Positions 1 through 9,073 of a DNA stretch of 64,000 nucleotides are shown one piece after another. Source of the stretch: an uncultured Thermoplasmatales archaeon (GTDB lineage Archaea > Thermoplasmatota > E2 > DHVEG-1); NCBI GenBank assembly GCA_964638175.1, contig CAZWZY010000001.1, forward strand, positions 62,257-126,256. The letters are read 5' to 3'. The notes beneath the pieces were generated by a model. It made no database searches, was not told the DNA's origin, and saw nothing but the letters and a program-made list of their open reading frames with translations. Numbering within the stretch: position 1 is the first letter of the stretch; the number at the start of each line of letters is the position of its first letter. The translations under genes and the position numbers were made by a program.

Positions 1-457
1 CTGTGCACTCTCGGCGGTCAATAAGCAGAAGGCCATAGTTTTCCTGCTCGGAGAGCATATCAGCCAATGGATCAAGGTAAAATTGTGAATCACATCGATA
101 GAGGAATGTAGAGATAGGCATGGGTGGTTCAATAGCATGGGCAACCATTTCAGTCTGATCGGCGCCTACGCTTTTGTGACCAACAAAAAAGATAACGCCG
201 TTTTCTGGTGGTTGTTTGAAAGTTTTTAATCTACTCATGATGGATTCAATAGCAGAAAGCACGTTTTTTCTCGTGGTTTTTGATTTAATATTTTGCGATT
301 GGGAAAACTCGTTTTTTAAGTAAGAGGTTACATCTGAAATCTGCTTTGACGGAGGGACGTATAAAGAAATGAGTTCGGTGTGGCGTCCCTTGCATGATTT
401 AAGCTCTTCAAGTTTTCGTTTTAAGTCATATCGTTGTCGCTGGGTCATTTCAGTCAT
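1..457 (-). CDS. prf1: Peptide chain release factor aRF1 (eRF1 homolog), N-terminal part; gene runs off the left edge
   Basis: Reverse-strand translation from the ATG at 455-457 reads [74 protein letters not shown]..., the characteristic aRF1/eRF1 N-terminus. Absent from the ORF track because the stop lies outside the window. Confidence 0.7.
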   Translation of the reverse strand, partial: MTEMTQRQRYDLKRKLEELKSCKGRHTELISLYVPPSKQISDVTSYLKNEFSQSQNIKSKTTRKNVLSAIESIMSRLKTFKQPPENGVIFFVGHKSVGADQTEMVAHAIEPPMPISTFLYRCDSQFYLDPLADMLSEQENYGLLLIDRRECT

Positions 458-535
458 ATCTTGTGTTCGCTCCACGGACTCTTGCTCATTTTTAAGCCAA
501 TACTCCTTGGAAGAATTTAAACTTTATCTAAATAT

Positions 536-1786
536 TTATACAGTAAAGGCCTCTCCATTTTTTGGTGTGTACACCTCTGCAATAGCCGAAAGAGAGTCAA
601 CAATCACTTCTCTATTGTCTCCATGAAATAAGACAATTTTTTCAGGATTGCATGCTTTAGCAAAGGCAATAAGCTCGCTGTGGCCTGCATGTGCTGAGAA
701 ATCGAAATATTGCACTTCACAAGATACCTTTTCTTTTACCCCATAGAAGTCCAGTTGCCCTTTTTCAACAAGCAAACGGCTGTTTGTACCCTCCACTTGA
801 TATCCTGTCAACAAAACAGCACTTTTAGGATCGTCTTTTAACTTATTCATGTAGCTGAGTACGGGGCCGCCGTCCATCATACCGCTAGAAGTAAGAATGA
901 CATCTGAGTTCAAGGCCAATTTTCTTCCGTGGTCGGAATGGATGAAATTAATCTTATTTAGGGCTTTTCTGAGATTTTCTGAAGAACGTAAGTGTCGCGG
1001 ATATTTTAAAAATATTTTTGATACTTTTCTCCCCATACCATCGTACCATACGTTATGACCTGCTTTTCGTAAGACAAGAGCAAGTTCCTGAGATCGTGAA
1101 ACGGCAAACGAAGGGATAACGACAACACCTCCTCTGCCAACTACTTCTTCAATTTTATCAAGAAAAACCTTTTCCAACTCATCCCGCTTAGGATGTTCTC
1201 GGCCAGCATAGGTCGTCTCTAAAAAGAGAATATCACAGGACACTGGTTTTGCTCCATATAAAAGCCGTGTGTCAGTTACATTGAAATCCCCAGTAAATAA
1301 CATCTTTTTTGAGCCGCTCACCTCAAACATGAGTGAACCGGGAATGTGTCCTGCTGAATGGAAGGTAACCTCGCAATCATCACCGATGGGGCGTTTTTGT
1401 CCGATGTCTACTGGTAAAACGCTGTGTTCTGCCTCTTTAATGTCTCGAGTGCTGTACGGTGGTGCATATCCTTCCATTTTTGCAATTTTGATAGAGTCCT
1501 TGTGTAAGAGATTGCTCAAAACACCAGTCAGTTTTGTGGTGATGATCGTTTGATCTTCTTGTGAGCAGAGCCAGGGTATCATACCAGAGTGGTCAAGGTG
1601 GGCATGAGTGAGAAGCGTCAGATCAACAGGTGGAGGAGGGAGAGGATATAAAGGTGGTTTTCCTGGAGACATTCCATATTCAAATAACAATTTCATCCCA
1701 TCTAATTCAAGGACCATAGCAAGTTTTCCAACTTCTTCGCCGCCACCAAGAAACTGACATGTGATTCCGTTATTCATTAAAATCAA
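536..1786 (-). CDS. Metallo-beta-lactamase / beta-CASP ribonuclease (aCPSF2 / RNase J-like)
   Basis: HAHLDHSG metallo-beta-lactamase motif near the N-terminus; ~416 aa with a beta-CASP-like C-terminal half (…FSAHAGHSEL…). Confidence 0.65.
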   Translation of the reverse strand: MILMNNGITCQFLGGGEEVGKLAMVLELDGMKLLFEYGMSPGKPPLYPLPPPPVDLTLLTHAHLDHSGMIPWLCSQEDQTIITTKLTGVLSNLLHKDSIKIAKMEGYAPPYSTRDIKEAEHSVLPVDIGQKRPIGDDCEVTFHSAGHIPGSLMFEVSGSKKMLFTGDFNVTDTRLLYGAKPVSCDILFLETTYAGREHPKRDELEKVFLDKIEEVVGRGGVVVIPSFAVSRSQELALVLRKAGHNVWYDGMGRKVSKIFLKYPRHLRSSENLRKALNKINFIHSDHGRKLALNSDVILTSSGMMDGGPVLSYMNKLKDDPKSAVLLTGYQVEGTNSRLLVEKGQLDFYGVKEKVSCEVQYFDFSAHAGHSELIAFAKACNPEKIVLFHGDNREVIVDSLSAIAEVYTPKNGEAFTV

Positions 1787-1835
1787 ACCTTTAAAATTAA
1801 CCTCCAGAAGAAAGAAGGTCTTGATTAATGTTTGG

Positions 1836-3161
1836 TCATTTCTCCAAAGGCTTTACAACAAGTGTAGTCTCATCTTTATCGACAATAACGACTTTAGTGT
1901 TTGGTTCAATGGTTGTTTTCGATGTTGCTTGCCAATATTCTCCTTTAAAACGAACATATCCTGGTTGCTGTGGAATGATTTTGTCAATAGTTTTTGCTGT
2001 TTCTCCAATAAAAGTACCAATCGCTGCCTTCTTCTTTCTAATTTGAATGACTTTGAAGAGTAAAAAGCCAAAAAAGATGGCAAAAAGAATGCCTGCTACT
2101 GCCAAGAGGATAATGATATCATTTAACGGGTCCATGGTTATCATCCATTTCTTGATGGAATGGGTCGAATAACTGGGGATAAAGAATATTGACCCCATCA
2201 CTAGACTGATCATTCCACCTATGCCTATCACACCAAATCCTGGAGTGACAAAGATTTCTATGACAAGCAATAAACAACCAATGATTATAAAAATTATTCC
2301 TAAGGTTGAAACTGCAAAGCCCGAGCCGATGAGAGAAAGAAGGATAGCAACGACACCAAAGACCTCTGCTCCATACCCTGGCGAAGAAATGCCAAAGATG
2401 AGAGAGAAAAGACCAAGCATAAACAACAAGGAAGTGATCATGGGATTTGATATCACCTGGAGAATTTGAACTTTTAATGATGGTGAATGATAAAGTTGTT
2501 CAGCAGTCGCTGTTTGGAGAGTTACGTTCCCTGCTGAAGTGGTGACAGTCCATCCATCAATTTGTTCGAGCAAATCACCAAGTGAAGAAGCAATAACTTC
2601 AATGACCTCTGCAGCAAGCGCTTCTGTTTCATTTACATTGAGATTCTCGGTGATAAATTGGGTGGCAATGGTTTGATTTCTCCCATACATGTTTGCTCGT
2701 GTTTCCATCCACTTGACAAGCGCATTGATGCGTTTTGAATCACTCACTAGTGTTGTTCCATCAATACCTATTTCTACGGGTTGACATGATCCAATAACGG
2801 TATAGTCTGCCATTGCCGCAATATGGGTGCTCATAAGGATGAAGGTCCCCGCAGACCAGGCAGCAGAACCACTAGGAGCAACGTAGCCAACAATAGGAAT
2901 GGTGCTTTCATTGATTATATCTGCAATATCAAAGGTCTCGGTCAGTCCCCCTCCGGGAGTATCTAACATCAAAACAAGTGCTGATGATTCTTCAAGTTCT
3001 GCATGGTGGATGCTCTCGGTAAGTAATTCGACCGTTGATTGGTCAATGGTACCAGCAATCTCAACAACTAATACATTTGACGTATCTGCTTGTACAGACG
3101 ATATGCTTACCAAACCAAGTGAAAGAAAAATAAAAAAAAGAAAGAAAGGTGTTAGTTTCAT
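1836..3161 (-). CDS. NfeD-family membrane-bound serine protease (stomatin operon partner)
   Basis: Signal peptide, ClpP-like N-terminal domain (…LDTPGGGL…), multi-TM middle region and a C-terminal OB-like domain. Overlaps the upstream stomatin gene by 4 nt. Confidence 0.75.
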   Translation of the reverse strand: MKLTPFFLFFIFLSLGLVSISSVQADTSNVLVVEIAGTIDQSTVELLTESIHHAELEESSALVLMLDTPGGGLTETFDIADIINESTIPIVGYVAPSGSAAWSAGTFILMSTHIAAMADYTVIGSCQPVEIGIDGTTLVSDSKRINALVKWMETRANMYGRNQTIATQFITENLNVNETEALAAEVIEVIASSLGDLLEQIDGWTVTTSAGNVTLQTATAEQLYHSPSLKVQILQVISNPMITSLLFMLGLFSLIFGISSPGYGAEVFGVVAILLSLIGSGFAVSTLGIIFIIIGCLLLVIEIFVTPGFGVIGIGGMISLVMGSIFFIPSYSTHSIKKWMITMDPLNDIIILLAVAGILFAIFFGFLLFKVIQIRKKKAAIGTFIGETAKTIDKIIPQQPGYVRFKGEYWQATSKTTIEPNTKVVIVDKDETTLVVKPLEK

Positions 3162-3925
3162 TCTACGTTTTTTGTAACTGCTTTGGCAATTCCTGCAACC
3201 TTTCCAATGTCTCCGCCAGGAACAACGATAAGGTTTTTCTCTCTAGCTATCTCTGCGAGGGTTTGTAGTTCACGAAGGCGAAGTGCTGTTGGTGTTTGTT
3301 CATATATTCGCGCAGCATCGGACATTTTTTGTGCTGCTTGAAATTCACCTTCGGCGATAATTATTCTTGATCTTTTTTCTCGTTCTGCTTCTGCCTGTTT
3401 TGCGAGAGCCCTCAACATTTCTTCAGGCAGTGAAACGTCTCGAATGGTAACTGCAGATACTTTTATCCCCCAGGGATCAGTACCGGCATCGATTATACTT
3501 TGCAGACTTTTATTTAGTTCATCTCGTTTTGATAATAATTCATCAAGACTTTGCTGCCCGAGAATATCACGTAAGGTTGTTTGCGCTAAAAGACCGGTTG
3601 CAACTTCATATCGTTGAACTTCTACAATTGCTTTTTGCGGATCAATAACTCGAAAATATACGATTGCATCAACATCAACAGTTACATTATCCTCGGTGAT
3701 GACTCGTTGTTTGGGCACATCAATAACTCTTGTACGCAAATCAAGTTTTATAATGCTATCAATAATCGGTATGACAAACACTAGGCCGGGACCTTTAATT
3801 CCTAATAACCGGCCCAACCGGAAGACGACAATTCGTTGATATTCAGCCATAATTTTTATTGCCGATGCGAGCAGCAGCACCAGAAATATTACTATGATGA
3901 GCACAATATACATGTATGGTATCAT
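3158..3925 (-). CDS. Stomatin/prohibitin (SPFH/band-7) membrane protein
   Basis: N-terminal TM then an SPFH domain (…VDVDAIVYFRVIDPQKAIVEV…RDILG…) and a coiled-coil tail. Confidence 0.85.
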   Translation of the reverse strand: MIPYMYIVLIIVIFLVLLLASAIKIMAEYQRIVVFRLGRLLGIKGPGLVFVIPIIDSIIKLDLRTRVIDVPKQRVITEDNVTVDVDAIVYFRVIDPQKAIVEVQRYEVATGLLAQTTLRDILGQQSLDELLSKRDELNKSLQSIIDAGTDPWGIKVSAVTIRDVSLPEEMLRALAKQAEAEREKRSRIIIAEGEFQAAQKMSDAARIYEQTPTALRLRELQTLAEIAREKNLIVVPGGDIGKVAGIAKAVTKNVE

Positions 3926-4030
3926 AAGTTACCCCCGGAACTAGAGAACCAACCGACATTCTTAAGTGTTTCTACTGTGAAAGACAAACAATTTATGAGA
4001 GAAACAGATACATGGTGGTGGAGATAACCT

Positions 4031-5320
4031 ATGTCTAAGATTATGAGCATACATGCCCGCGAAGTACTTGATTCCAGAGGGAACCCGACTGTTGAAGTCG
4101 ATGTGAAAACAGACCAAGGCATCTTTCGTGCCATGACGCCTAGCGGTGCCAGTGCAGGTCAACACGAAGCGTTAGAATTACGTGATAACGACAAAACAAG
4201 ATATCTTGGCAAAGGAACTTTAAAAGCAGTTGGGCATGTGAATAATGACCTTGTTCCTAAACTGATTGATCTTGATTGTGGTGCGCAAGAAACCATTGAC
4301 AATATTATGATTAAACTTGATGGTACCGAGAACAAAGAAACATTTGGTGCAAACGCTATTCTTCCAATATCAATGGCGGTAACAAAAGCAGGTGCCGCAT
4401 CAAAGGGTCTTTCCTTGTACGAATACATTGGCGAATTGTTTGGCGTGGTTCCACATAAGTTACCTGTACCCATGTGTAATGTTATTAATGGAGGAAAACA
4501 CGCAGGCCAAGAAAATTCTATCCAAGAACACATGCTTATGCCTACTGGTGCAAAAACTTTTACTGAAGGAATTAGGATGGTTTCAGAAACGTATCATCAT
4601 CTTGCCGCCTTATTAAAAAAGAAGTTTGGTGCCAGTGGCTTACTCATCGGTGATGAGGGGGGGTTTGCCCCTGCAAAACTCACCGAAGTGCATGATCGTC
4701 TGGAACTGATGCTGAAGGCCGTTGATCTTGCAGGCTATACCGATATGATGAACGTAGCGCTTGATCCTGCATCTAGCGAATTTTTTTATGATGGTACCTA
4801 CAAAATAGGGAAAAAGACATTCACTGGAAAAGAGATGGTTGATTTTTATGTTGACCTCTGTAAAACTTTTCCCATTGTCAGTATCGAAGATGGTCTTGCT
4901 GAAGATGATTGGGGCTCATGGGTAGAAATGACAAAAAAACTAGGGACAGAGGTGCAAATTGTCGGTGATGATTTGTTTGTCACTAACACCAAACGAATTG
5001 CGGAAGGCATTAAGCTCGATGCTGCTAATTCCGTGCTCATTAAATTGAATCAAATTGGAACCGTCACAGAGACATTAAATGCCATTAAGATGGCTCACGA
5101 TGCGGGATGGACAGCAGTAGTCAGTCACCGAAGTGGGGAAACAGAAGATAATTTTATCGCAGATTTAGTAGTCGGAACAAGTGCTGGACAGATTAAAACA
5201 GGGGCTCCTGCCAGAAGTGACCGTAATGCAAAATACAATCAACTGATTCGTATTGAAGAAGAATTAGAAGAACACGCAGAATATCCGGGCATCGATTTTC
5301 GGATGGATCACCTAGCGTAA
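4031..5320 (+). CDS. eno: Enolase
   Basis: Full-length match to the enolase pattern (MS..IHAREVLDSRGNPTVEV…SHRSGETED…). Confidence 0.95.
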   Translation: MSKIMSIHAREVLDSRGNPTVEVDVKTDQGIFRAMTPSGASAGQHEALELRDNDKTRYLGKGTLKAVGHVNNDLVPKLIDLDCGAQETIDNIMIKLDGTENKETFGANAILPISMAVTKAGAASKGLSLYEYIGELFGVVPHKLPVPMCNVINGGKHAGQENSIQEHMLMPTGAKTFTEGIRMVSETYHHLAALLKKKFGASGLLIGDEGGFAPAKLTEVHDRLELMLKAVDLAGYTDMMNVALDPASSEFFYDGTYKIGKKTFTGKEMVDFYVDLCKTFPIVSIEDGLAEDDWGSWVEMTKKLGTEVQIVGDDLFVTNTKRIAEGIKLDAANSVLIKLNQIGTVTETLNAIKMAHDAGWTAVVSHRSGETEDNFIADLVVGTSAGQIKTGAPARSDRNAKYNQLIRIEEELEEHAEYPGIDFRMDHLA

Positions 5321-5363
5321 ACATTTTTAGACCCTATCTGATATGGGCATTCGGGGTAGAATT

Positions 5364-6317
5364 ATGAAAGTATTAATTACTGATAAGATGGCAGAAGAAG
5401 CAATCCAATTGTTAAAAGATGCAGGTCACGAAGTTACCTATGAAGAAATGGATGCTCCCAAGCTTCTAAAGGAAATTTCCAACTATGATGCGTTAATGGT
5501 GCGTGGACGAACAAAAGCAGTAAAAGAAATTGTTGACGCGGGGGCAAAGGGACAGTTAAAAGTCATTGGTCGTGCTGGCATTGGAGTCGATAATATTGAT
5601 ATCAAAACTGCAGCAACTCATGGAATACCTGTGGTAAATGCACCTACGGGATCCACTATTAGTGTCGCTGAATTGACCATTGGTCATATGCTTTCGTTAT
5701 CCCGGCATCTCTACAAGGCAGATGCGACGATGAAGAAAGGAGAATGGGCAAAGAAGCAGTTGAAAGGTATCGAACTTCATGGTAAGACACTAGGACTCAT
5801 AGGGTGTGGAAATATCGGTAAAGTAACAGCAAAATTAGCCCAAGCCTTTGGCATGGATGTGATTGGATATGATCCTTTTCTTTCACAGGCAGAGCTGAAA
5901 AAAGACAACATCAAAAAAATTGAAGATCTCGGAGAGTTGATGGGCAAGACTGATTTTATCTCTCTTCACCTCCCCCATAATGAAAAAACACATCATATTG
6001 TCAATAAAGAAATGATTGGGGAAATGAAACCAAGTGCTTGTTTGATTAATTGTGCTCGTGGGGGAACAGTTGATGAACAAGCCTTGTATGATGCGTTAAA
6101 AAATGGAAAAATTGCAGGTGCAGGGCTTGATGTGTTTGAACAAGAGCCACCAACCAATAATCCACTTCTCTCCTTAGATAATGTCATGCTCACCCCACAT
6201 CTTGGCGCAAATACAAAAGAAGGGCAAATACGAGCGGGAACTGTTTGTGCTGAGCAAATTATTAAAGTATTAAACGGCAAAACCGCAGAGTATTGGATCA
6301 ATAAAAAATTCATGTAG
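5364..6317 (+). CDS. D-isomer-specific 2-hydroxyacid dehydrogenase (short D-3-phosphoglycerate dehydrogenase-like, no ACT domain)
   Basis: NAD-binding GxGxxG (GLIGCGNIG) and a catalytic-domain R/E/H pattern. Start set at MKVLITDK, preceded by GGGGT; the track ORF begins 21 nt earlier. Confidence 0.8.
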   Translation: MKVLITDKMAEEAIQLLKDAGHEVTYEEMDAPKLLKEISNYDALMVRGRTKAVKEIVDAGAKGQLKVIGRAGIGVDNIDIKTAATHGIPVVNAPTGSTISVAELTIGHMLSLSRHLYKADATMKKGEWAKKQLKGIELHGKTLGLIGCGNIGKVTAKLAQAFGMDVIGYDPFLSQAELKKDNIKKIEDLGELMGKTDFISLHLPHNEKTHHIVNKEMIGEMKPSACLINCARGGTVDEQALYDALKNGKIAGAGLDVFEQEPPTNNPLLSLDNVMLTPHLGANTKEGQIRAGTVCAEQIIKVLNGKTAEYWINKKFM

Positions 6318-6344
6318 CGGAAAGCATATAATAATAGAGAGCAG

Positions 6345-7061
6345 TTGTTAGATACCATGAAAAATTTAGGACAAATTGTTGATAAAATTGGAAAAAGTAT
6401 CGATGAAAAAGATAAAGCTCGGGAGCATGCTCTTCGCGCTTCTCGGGATATTATTATTGGGTGCCGAAAGGCAATTCAGTGTTTACATCAGGAGAAAATG
6501 AAAGACGCGAGCACTCATATTAAAAAGTCACATCGAGAGTTGTTGAAACTCTATGAAGTAACAAAAACATATAGTGATTTATCACATGCGGGCTTTGTAG
6601 AAAACGCAGCACAGGAAGTTGTAGAAGCACAATGCCTGATGAACATTATGCGAGGCAAAGAGCTACCTGACCCAGACGAAATGAAAACCACCTACAGTTC
6701 GTATCTGCTTGGTCTCTGTGATATAGTTGGTGAGCTCCGAAGACGGGCGTTGGATTTTATTCGGAAGGGGAAGGAGGAAAAAGCAAATGAGTGTCTTGAC
6801 ATGATGGAAGAAATCTACAATGCCCTCATTCATTTTGATTACCCTTCAACCCTTGTTCCTATCCGAAAAAAACAAGATATGGCACGAGGTCTTATCGAGC
6901 GGACACGAGGAGAACTTGCCATTGCCAGTTGTGAACGGCGGATCGAATATCGTACTGACGAATTTAGGGGCATTCTTGATCGTATGAACGGCAATGAGAA
7001 ACCAACAAAACAAAAAAAGAATGGAAAACCTTCTGATTTAGATATCGACAAAGTATGGTAA
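6345..7061 (+). CDS. Translin-family protein (putative)
   Basis: Pattern …REHALRASRDIII…YLLGLCDIVGELRRRALD… resembles archaeal translin-like proteins; recalled from memory, no search run. Confidence 0.45.
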   Translation: MLDTMKNLGQIVDKIGKSIDEKDKAREHALRASRDIIIGCRKAIQCLHQEKMKDASTHIKKSHRELLKLYEVTKTYSDLSHAGFVENAAQEVVEAQCLMNIMRGKELPDPDEMKTTYSSYLLGLCDIVGELRRRALDFIRKGKEEKANECLDMMEEIYNALIHFDYPSTLVPIRKKQDMARGLIERTRGELAIASCERRIEYRTDEFRGILDRMNGNEKPTKQKKNGKPSDLDIDKVW

Positions 7062-7097
7062 TGATCATCTAACAACCATACTGTTGTAAACAAAATG

Positions 7098-7120
7098 TTT
7101 ATATAAAGCCTTTATATACT
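7098..7120 (+). promoter_or_regulatory. TATA-box-like elements upstream of the first TBP gene
   Basis: tttatataaag and ctttatatact lie 26-48 nt upstream of the ATG at 7146. Confidence 0.35.
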
Positions 7121-7145
7121 TCAGGGAGGGAAGGCTGACCTTATT

Positions 7146-7691
7146 ATGGCAGAAATTACCATTGAAAATATAGTCGCTTCTGCACAACTTGCAGACAAAT
7201 TGGATATTCAGCAGATAGCAGATGCCATACCCGAATCAAAGTACAATCCTGACAGCTTTCCCGGTCTTGTTCTCCATTTTGAAGAACCGAAGACGGCAAC
7301 CCTACTATTCTCTAGTGGGAAATTTATCTGTACCGGTGCCAAGCGAATGGAAGATGTGGCTATCGCTTTACAAAAGCTCGTTAGTAAAATGCAGGCTATC
7401 GGCATCAGTGTTAAAGAACAACCGAAGATGAAGGTGCAAAATATTGTCGTTTCTGCAAATCTCGGAAAAGAGTTTGAGCTGAATGATGTTGCCAAGGGTC
7501 TCTTACAGCAAAATGTAGAATACGAACCAGAACAATTTCCAGGATTGATTTATCGAATGGATGGTGCTGGTACTGTAATATTGTTATTTAGCTCGGGGAA
7601 ATTAGTATGTACAGGGGCAAAAGCAATAGAAGAAGCAACAGCTGCCGTTGACCTGATGAAGGAAAAGCTAGCATCATTGGGAGTTTTATAA
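7146..7691 (+). CDS. tbp: TATA-box binding protein (paralog 1)
   Basis: Two TBP direct repeats, each with an …FPGL.YR…TALLF.SGK..CTGAK… motif. Confidence 0.95.
   Translation: MAEITIENIVASAQLADKLDIQQIADAIPESKYNPDSFPGLVLHFEEPKTATLLFSSGKFICTGAKRMEDVAIALQKLVSKMQAIGISVKEQPKMKVQNIVVSANLGKEFELNDVAKGLLQQNVEYEPEQFPGLIYRMDGAGTVILLFSSGKLVCTGAKAIEEATAAVDLMKEKLASLGVL
7518..7543 (+). repeat. 26-nt segment (GAATACGAACCAGAACAATTTCCAGG) shared with both halves of the second TBP gene
   Basis: Identical nucleotide string encoding EYEPEQFPG in the C-terminal repeat of TBP1. Confidence 0.8.
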
Positions 7692-7705
7692 AAGGAGGAA
7701 AAATT

Positions 7706-8257
7706 ATGCCAGAAGTAATTGTAGAAAATATCGTGGCATCAACGTCCTTTTCAGATAAATTGGATTTAGATGTCATAGCGCAATCGCTAGAAGAAGCAGA
7801 ATACGAACCAGAACAATTTCCAGGCCTTGTCTATCGGCTTGACGAACCGAAAACAGCAACCTTGCTCTTTAGAAGTGGAAAGGCAAACTGCACAGGTGCA
7901 AAGAATGTTCAAGATGTGAAAAAAACGGTAGATATTATTGCAGAAAAACTCAGAAAACTTGGTGTAGACGTCTATAAAGATCTCAAGATTGTCATTCAGA
8001 ATATTGTTGCCATTTCTGACCTTGGTACTGAGCTGAATCTGAATGAAGTGGCAATGGGGCTTGGGTTAGAAAATGTTGAATACGAACCGGAACAATTTCC
8101 AGGCCTTGTATACAGAATTAAAGAACCAAAAGTCGCGATGTTGCTCTTTGGTTCTGGAAAAATCGTCTGCACCGGCGCACGAAAAACTGAAGATGTGTCA
8201 CTTGCAGTCGATAAACTCTCAGCAGAACTGAGTTCGTTGGATCTCATTAGGAAGTAA
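7706..8257 (+). CDS. tbp: TATA-box binding protein (paralog 2), in tandem with paralog 1
   Basis: Same two-repeat TBP architecture, roughly half identical to paralog 1. Starts 14 nt after the paralog 1 stop. Confidence 0.95.
   Translation: MPEVIVENIVASTSFSDKLDLDVIAQSLEEAEYEPEQFPGLVYRLDEPKTATLLFRSGKANCTGAKNVQDVKKTVDIIAEKLRKLGVDVYKDLKIVIQNIVAISDLGTELNLNEVAMGLGLENVEYEPEQFPGLVYRIKEPKVAMLLFGSGKIVCTGARKTEDVSLAVDKLSAELSSLDLIRK
7799..7830 (+). repeat. 32-nt intragenic and intergenic TBP repeat copy (TBP2 N-terminal half)
   Basis: gaatacgaaccagaacaatttccaggccttgt. Confidence 0.8.
8078..8109 (+). repeat. 32-nt TBP repeat copy (TBP2 C-terminal half), one mismatch to the 7799-7830 copy
   Basis: gaatacgaaccGgaacaatttccaggccttgt. 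Confidence 0.8.
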
Positions 8258-8259
8258 GA

Positions 8260-8283
8260 TCCAATTCTTTTCTTTTTTTATTT
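8260..8283 (+). terminator. Oligo-T tract after the TBP2 stop (archaeal terminator-like)
   Basis: ttcttttctttttttatttg immediately downstream of the stop at 8255-8257. Confidence 0.3.
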
Positions 8284-9069
8284 GTAATAGATACAATCGC
8301 CACTTGTTATTTTTTTCATTTCACCAGTTGTTGTTTTCACCAACAAAAACCCAGATTCATCAACATCTGAGGCAACGCCTTCAATAGTTTCAGTTGATGA
8401 TTCGACGTGAACTCTTCTCCCTATGGTATCCGAGTGCGTTTTCCATTCCTGTAGTAACCGTGCATAATTTCCAGAAAGAAAATGTGTATAATAGGAATGC
8501 AAGTGTACTACTATTTCCTTGAGAAAGTGGTAACAATCAAGATTAATTCCTAGCTCATACGACAGAGAAGTCGCCTGAAAACTCTTTGGCAAAGTATCAA
8601 TGTCTATGTTGAGATTAATACCTATTCCCACGGCCACGTACTCCACTTTATCGCTGCTTGATTCTGACTCGATTAATATCCCTGATACTTTTTTATTATT
8701 GATACGAACATCGTTCGGCCATTTTATTGTTGGAGCAAGATCGCAGAAATCATCAATCGTCTTCCACACAGCCAGTGCCCCAACCAAGGGAAAAAGTGTT
8801 GCCTTATTTGGCTTACAAGAAGGGCGAAGAATAATTGAAAAATAGAGTCCTCCCTCAGGAGACACCCACGTTCTGTCAAATCGTCCTCTTCCTTGTTCTT
8901 GTATGCGAGATACTACGATTGTTCCTTCGGGTTCTCCTTGTTGCGCAAGTTCCTTTGCTTTTTCATTCGTTGATGAAAGACTATCAAAAACAAAGACATT
9001 GTGTGCTAGAGGATTATTTATTTCTTGAAAAAAAGTTTCCGTTTGCTTTATAAAGGAGGATTCAGACAT
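8278..9069 (-). CDS. birA: Biotin--[acetyl-CoA-carboxylase] ligase, catalytic module only
   Basis: …QGRGRFDRTWVSPEGGLYFS… biotin protein ligase signature. Lies 4 nt downstream of pycA. Confidence 0.85.
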   Translation of the reverse strand: MSESSFIKQTETFFQEINNPLAHNVFVFDSLSSTNEKAKELAQQGEPEGTIVVSRIQEQGRGRFDRTWVSPEGGLYFSIILRPSCKPNKATLFPLVGALAVWKTIDDFCDLAPTIKWPNDVRINNKKVSGILIESESSSDKVEYVAVGIGINLNIDIDTLPKSFQATSLSYELGINLDCYHFLKEIVVHLHSYYTHFLSGNYARLLQEWKTHSDTIGRRVHVESSTETIEGVASDVDESGFLLVKTTTGEMKKITSGDCIYYK

Positions 9070-9073
9070 ATTC

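Noticed and set aside
369-626. 85-aa plus-strand ORF
   Set aside because: It lies antisense to the aRF1 N-terminus and the RNase gene end, has low complexity and no motif. The aRF1 reading frame on the opposite strand explains the region.
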